From NCBI GenBank assembly GCA_035476275.1, contig DATILR010000470.1:1-48750 (forward strand): 48,750 nt of DNA. Direction: 5' to 3'. Numbering within the stretch: position 1 is the first letter of the stretch; every line of letters begins with the position of its first letter. The position numbers and the translations under genes are program-made. Shown here piece after piece: positions 47,407 through 48,750 of this stretch. The stretch comes from Candidatus Binatus sp. Lineage in GTDB: Bacteria; Desulfobacterota; Binatia; DP-6. The notes beneath the pieces are model-generated. The model saw only the letters and a list, made by a program, of their open reading frames with translations. It made no database searches and was not told where the DNA came from.

Positions 47407-48750
47407 GAAGGATCTCTACGACCAGTCCGAGCAGAAGGACGCCGTCCAGTTGGTGGTGAAGGCGGTGGAGACGTGCGAGCGCCGCTACCACGACGCCTTC
47501 GTGGAGCGGGTCGAGCGGCGCTACAACGCCTACCGCGGCCTGGCCGAAGCGCAGCCCAGCAAGGACACCTCGCAGGATCCCGACGAGGACTGGCACTCGA
47601 ACATCACGACCCCATACGTGCTGAACACCTGCGAGGGGATGCTGGCGACGATGCTGGAGCCGTCGCCGCGCTTCAACGTCACCCCCAGGCCGAAGCCGGA
47701 CGAGCCGCTGGAGGAGGTGGTCGCGCGCCTGCACAGCGTGGACGCGGTCAGCGACACGTTGCGCTACGCGCTCGACGTCGACCACTTCGCGGAGAAGCAG
47801 CGCGACTTCATGCAGCAGGACCTGATCGCCGGCATCTCCGTCCTCAAGGACTACTGGCACGAGGAGCACCGCGACGTCACGGCGCTCGTGCCCGACATGA
47901 TCGACATCCAGGACGCCTACGGCACCACGATCGACACGCTTCAGTCGCACAAGGAGGAGACGACCCGAAACGCGCTCGTGCGCGACGACGCCTGCTGCGA
48001 GGTCAGGGACGTGCGCGACTTCTTCTGGCCGCCCCAGGCTCCCAACGTCGACAAGGCCGAGTACCTGATCGACCGCACCTGGGAGAGCTTCTCCTCGCTC
48101 AAGCGCAAGGAGAAGGACGGCTACTACCAGAACGTCGACAAACTCAAGGAGACGCGCTCGGTCGCGCGCATGAGCGACCTCACCAAGCGCGAGCAGCGAC
48201 TGCGCGGCATCGACCGCACGCAAGACCTGGTCGAGGTGCTGGAGTACTGGACGCCGGAGCGCGTGATCACGGTCGGCAACCGCACCGTGAAGCTGCGCGA
48301 CGACGCCAACCCGTTCTGGAACGGGCGCCTCCCGTTCGTCATCTGCTCGGCCATGCCCGACGCCTTCCAGATCCCCGGCATCTCGGTGGTCGAGGCGCTC
48401 GCGCAGCTGCAGCAGATGCTGTGGACGCTGCAGAACCAGCGCCTCGACGTCGTGCGCCTGCTGGCGAACCTGATCACCGTCATCCGCTCCGACGTGGACG
48501 ACCCCGAGGCGTTCGAGTGGGCGCCGAACGCGCAGTGGATCGTGGAGGATCCGGGCCAGGTCGAGACGCTGAAGATCGACCCTAGCGCCGCCCAGATCAC
48601 CCTCCAGGCAGAGGGCCTGCTCAAGGGCGACCTCCAGAACATCATGGGCGGGCTGCCGATGGCGAGCGGCGCCGACTCGCAGACGATCGACCAGCAGACG
48701 GCGACCGGCGTCTCGATCATCACGACGATCGCGCAGCGGATCATCCAGTC
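47399..48750 (+). CDS. Portal protein, N-terminal part (3' end runs across the junction to base 706; about 638 aa in total)
   Basis: The frame opens after a TGA at 47339. TTG at 47399 lies 5 nt after GGAGG; an alternative GTG lies at 47387. No stop before the window end. Not in the ORF track because it is open-ended. Confidence 0.85.
   Translation, partial: MAEKDLYDQSEQKDAVQLVVKAVETCERRYHDAFVERVERRYNAYRGLAEAQPSKDTSQDPDEDWHSNITTPYVLNTCEGMLATMLEPSPRFNVTPRPKPDEPLEEVVARLHSVDAVSDTLRYALDVDHFAEKQRDFMQQDLIAGISVLKDYWHEEHRDVTALVPDMIDIQDAYGTTIDTLQSHKEETTRNALVRDDACCEVRDVRDFFWPPQAPNVDKAEYLIDRTWESFSSLKRKEKDGYYQNVDKLKETRSVARMSDLTKREQRLRGIDRTQDLVEVLEYWTPERVITVGNRTVKLRDDANPFWNGRLPFVICSAMPDAFQIPGISVVEALAQLQQMLWTLQNQRLDVVRLLANLITVIRSDVDDPEAFEWAPNAQWIVEDPGQVETLKIDPSAAQITLQAEGLLKGDLQNIMGGLPMASGADSQTIDQQTATGVSIITTIAQRIIQ
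48610..48750. repeat. Terminal overlap copy 2 (identical to 1-141)
   Basis: Base-by-base comparison of the two window ends. Confidence 0.95.

Larger units (their letters stand above)
1..48750. mobile_element. Complete temperate phage genome (podovirus-like virion module), circularly closed; unit length 48,609 bp
   Basis: 141-bp terminal identity. Portal, TerL, scaffold and MCP are present together with integrase, excisionase and a Cro-like switch. Coding density is near 100% and there are no host-like flanks. Confidence 0.85.

Overview
High-GC, gene-dense window that is a complete, circularly closed temperate phage genome. Bases 1-141 are identical to 48610-48750, which gives a 48,609-bp unit and splits the portal gene across the window edge. 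No host flank, tRNA, rRNA, CRISPR array or transposase was seen.

Two divergent transcription arms start at about 42.1 kb and meet again at 20824-20827, where two stop codons share a CTAG.

The rightward (+) late arm runs from 42128, across the junction, to 20827. In order it encodes:
- a PKD/IPT Ig-like protein and a fibre paralog
- small membrane peptides and a DUF6496-like protein
- a lysis-like cassette ending in a signal-peptide Rpf-type transglycosylase
- the large terminase, a Gly/Pro-rich small protein and the portal
- an acidic scaffold and the major capsid protein, followed by a strong terminator
- a second fibre paralog, a CHAP plus PG-binding hydrolase, and adaptor- and nozzle-like proteins
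- a tail-collar fibre and three internal-virion/ejection-like proteins, one of them a 2,340-aa giant
- a glucosaminidase-like plus M23 hydrolase

No tape-measure, tube or sheath genes are present, so the virion module looks podovirus-like.

The leftward (-) early/lysogeny arm runs from 42063 to 20824. It encodes a wHTH regulator, many small ORFans, a Cro-like XRE regulator, an SSB-tip protein and a Cas4/RecB-like exonuclease. It continues with an HTH protein, a ParB-like protein, HNH, RusA, Xis, a tyrosine integrase, and an XRE plus SLOG/DUF2493 operon. Three + strand islands interrupt this arm: 32704-33429, 36544-38254 and 40053-40966.

The observations most worth follow-up:
- a thrice-repeated double-hairpin intergenic module with a CCACCACCAC leader
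- a palindromic operator pair at the putative genetic switch
- a nuclease-like plus membrane-protein cassette whose start codon overlaps a divergent gene's start codon in CATG
- the domain-less giant virion protein, which has an internal patch of foreign codon usage
- an SSB C-terminal-tip mimic
- the absence of any recognisable replicase

All family assignments are motif matches by eye and need HMM confirmation.
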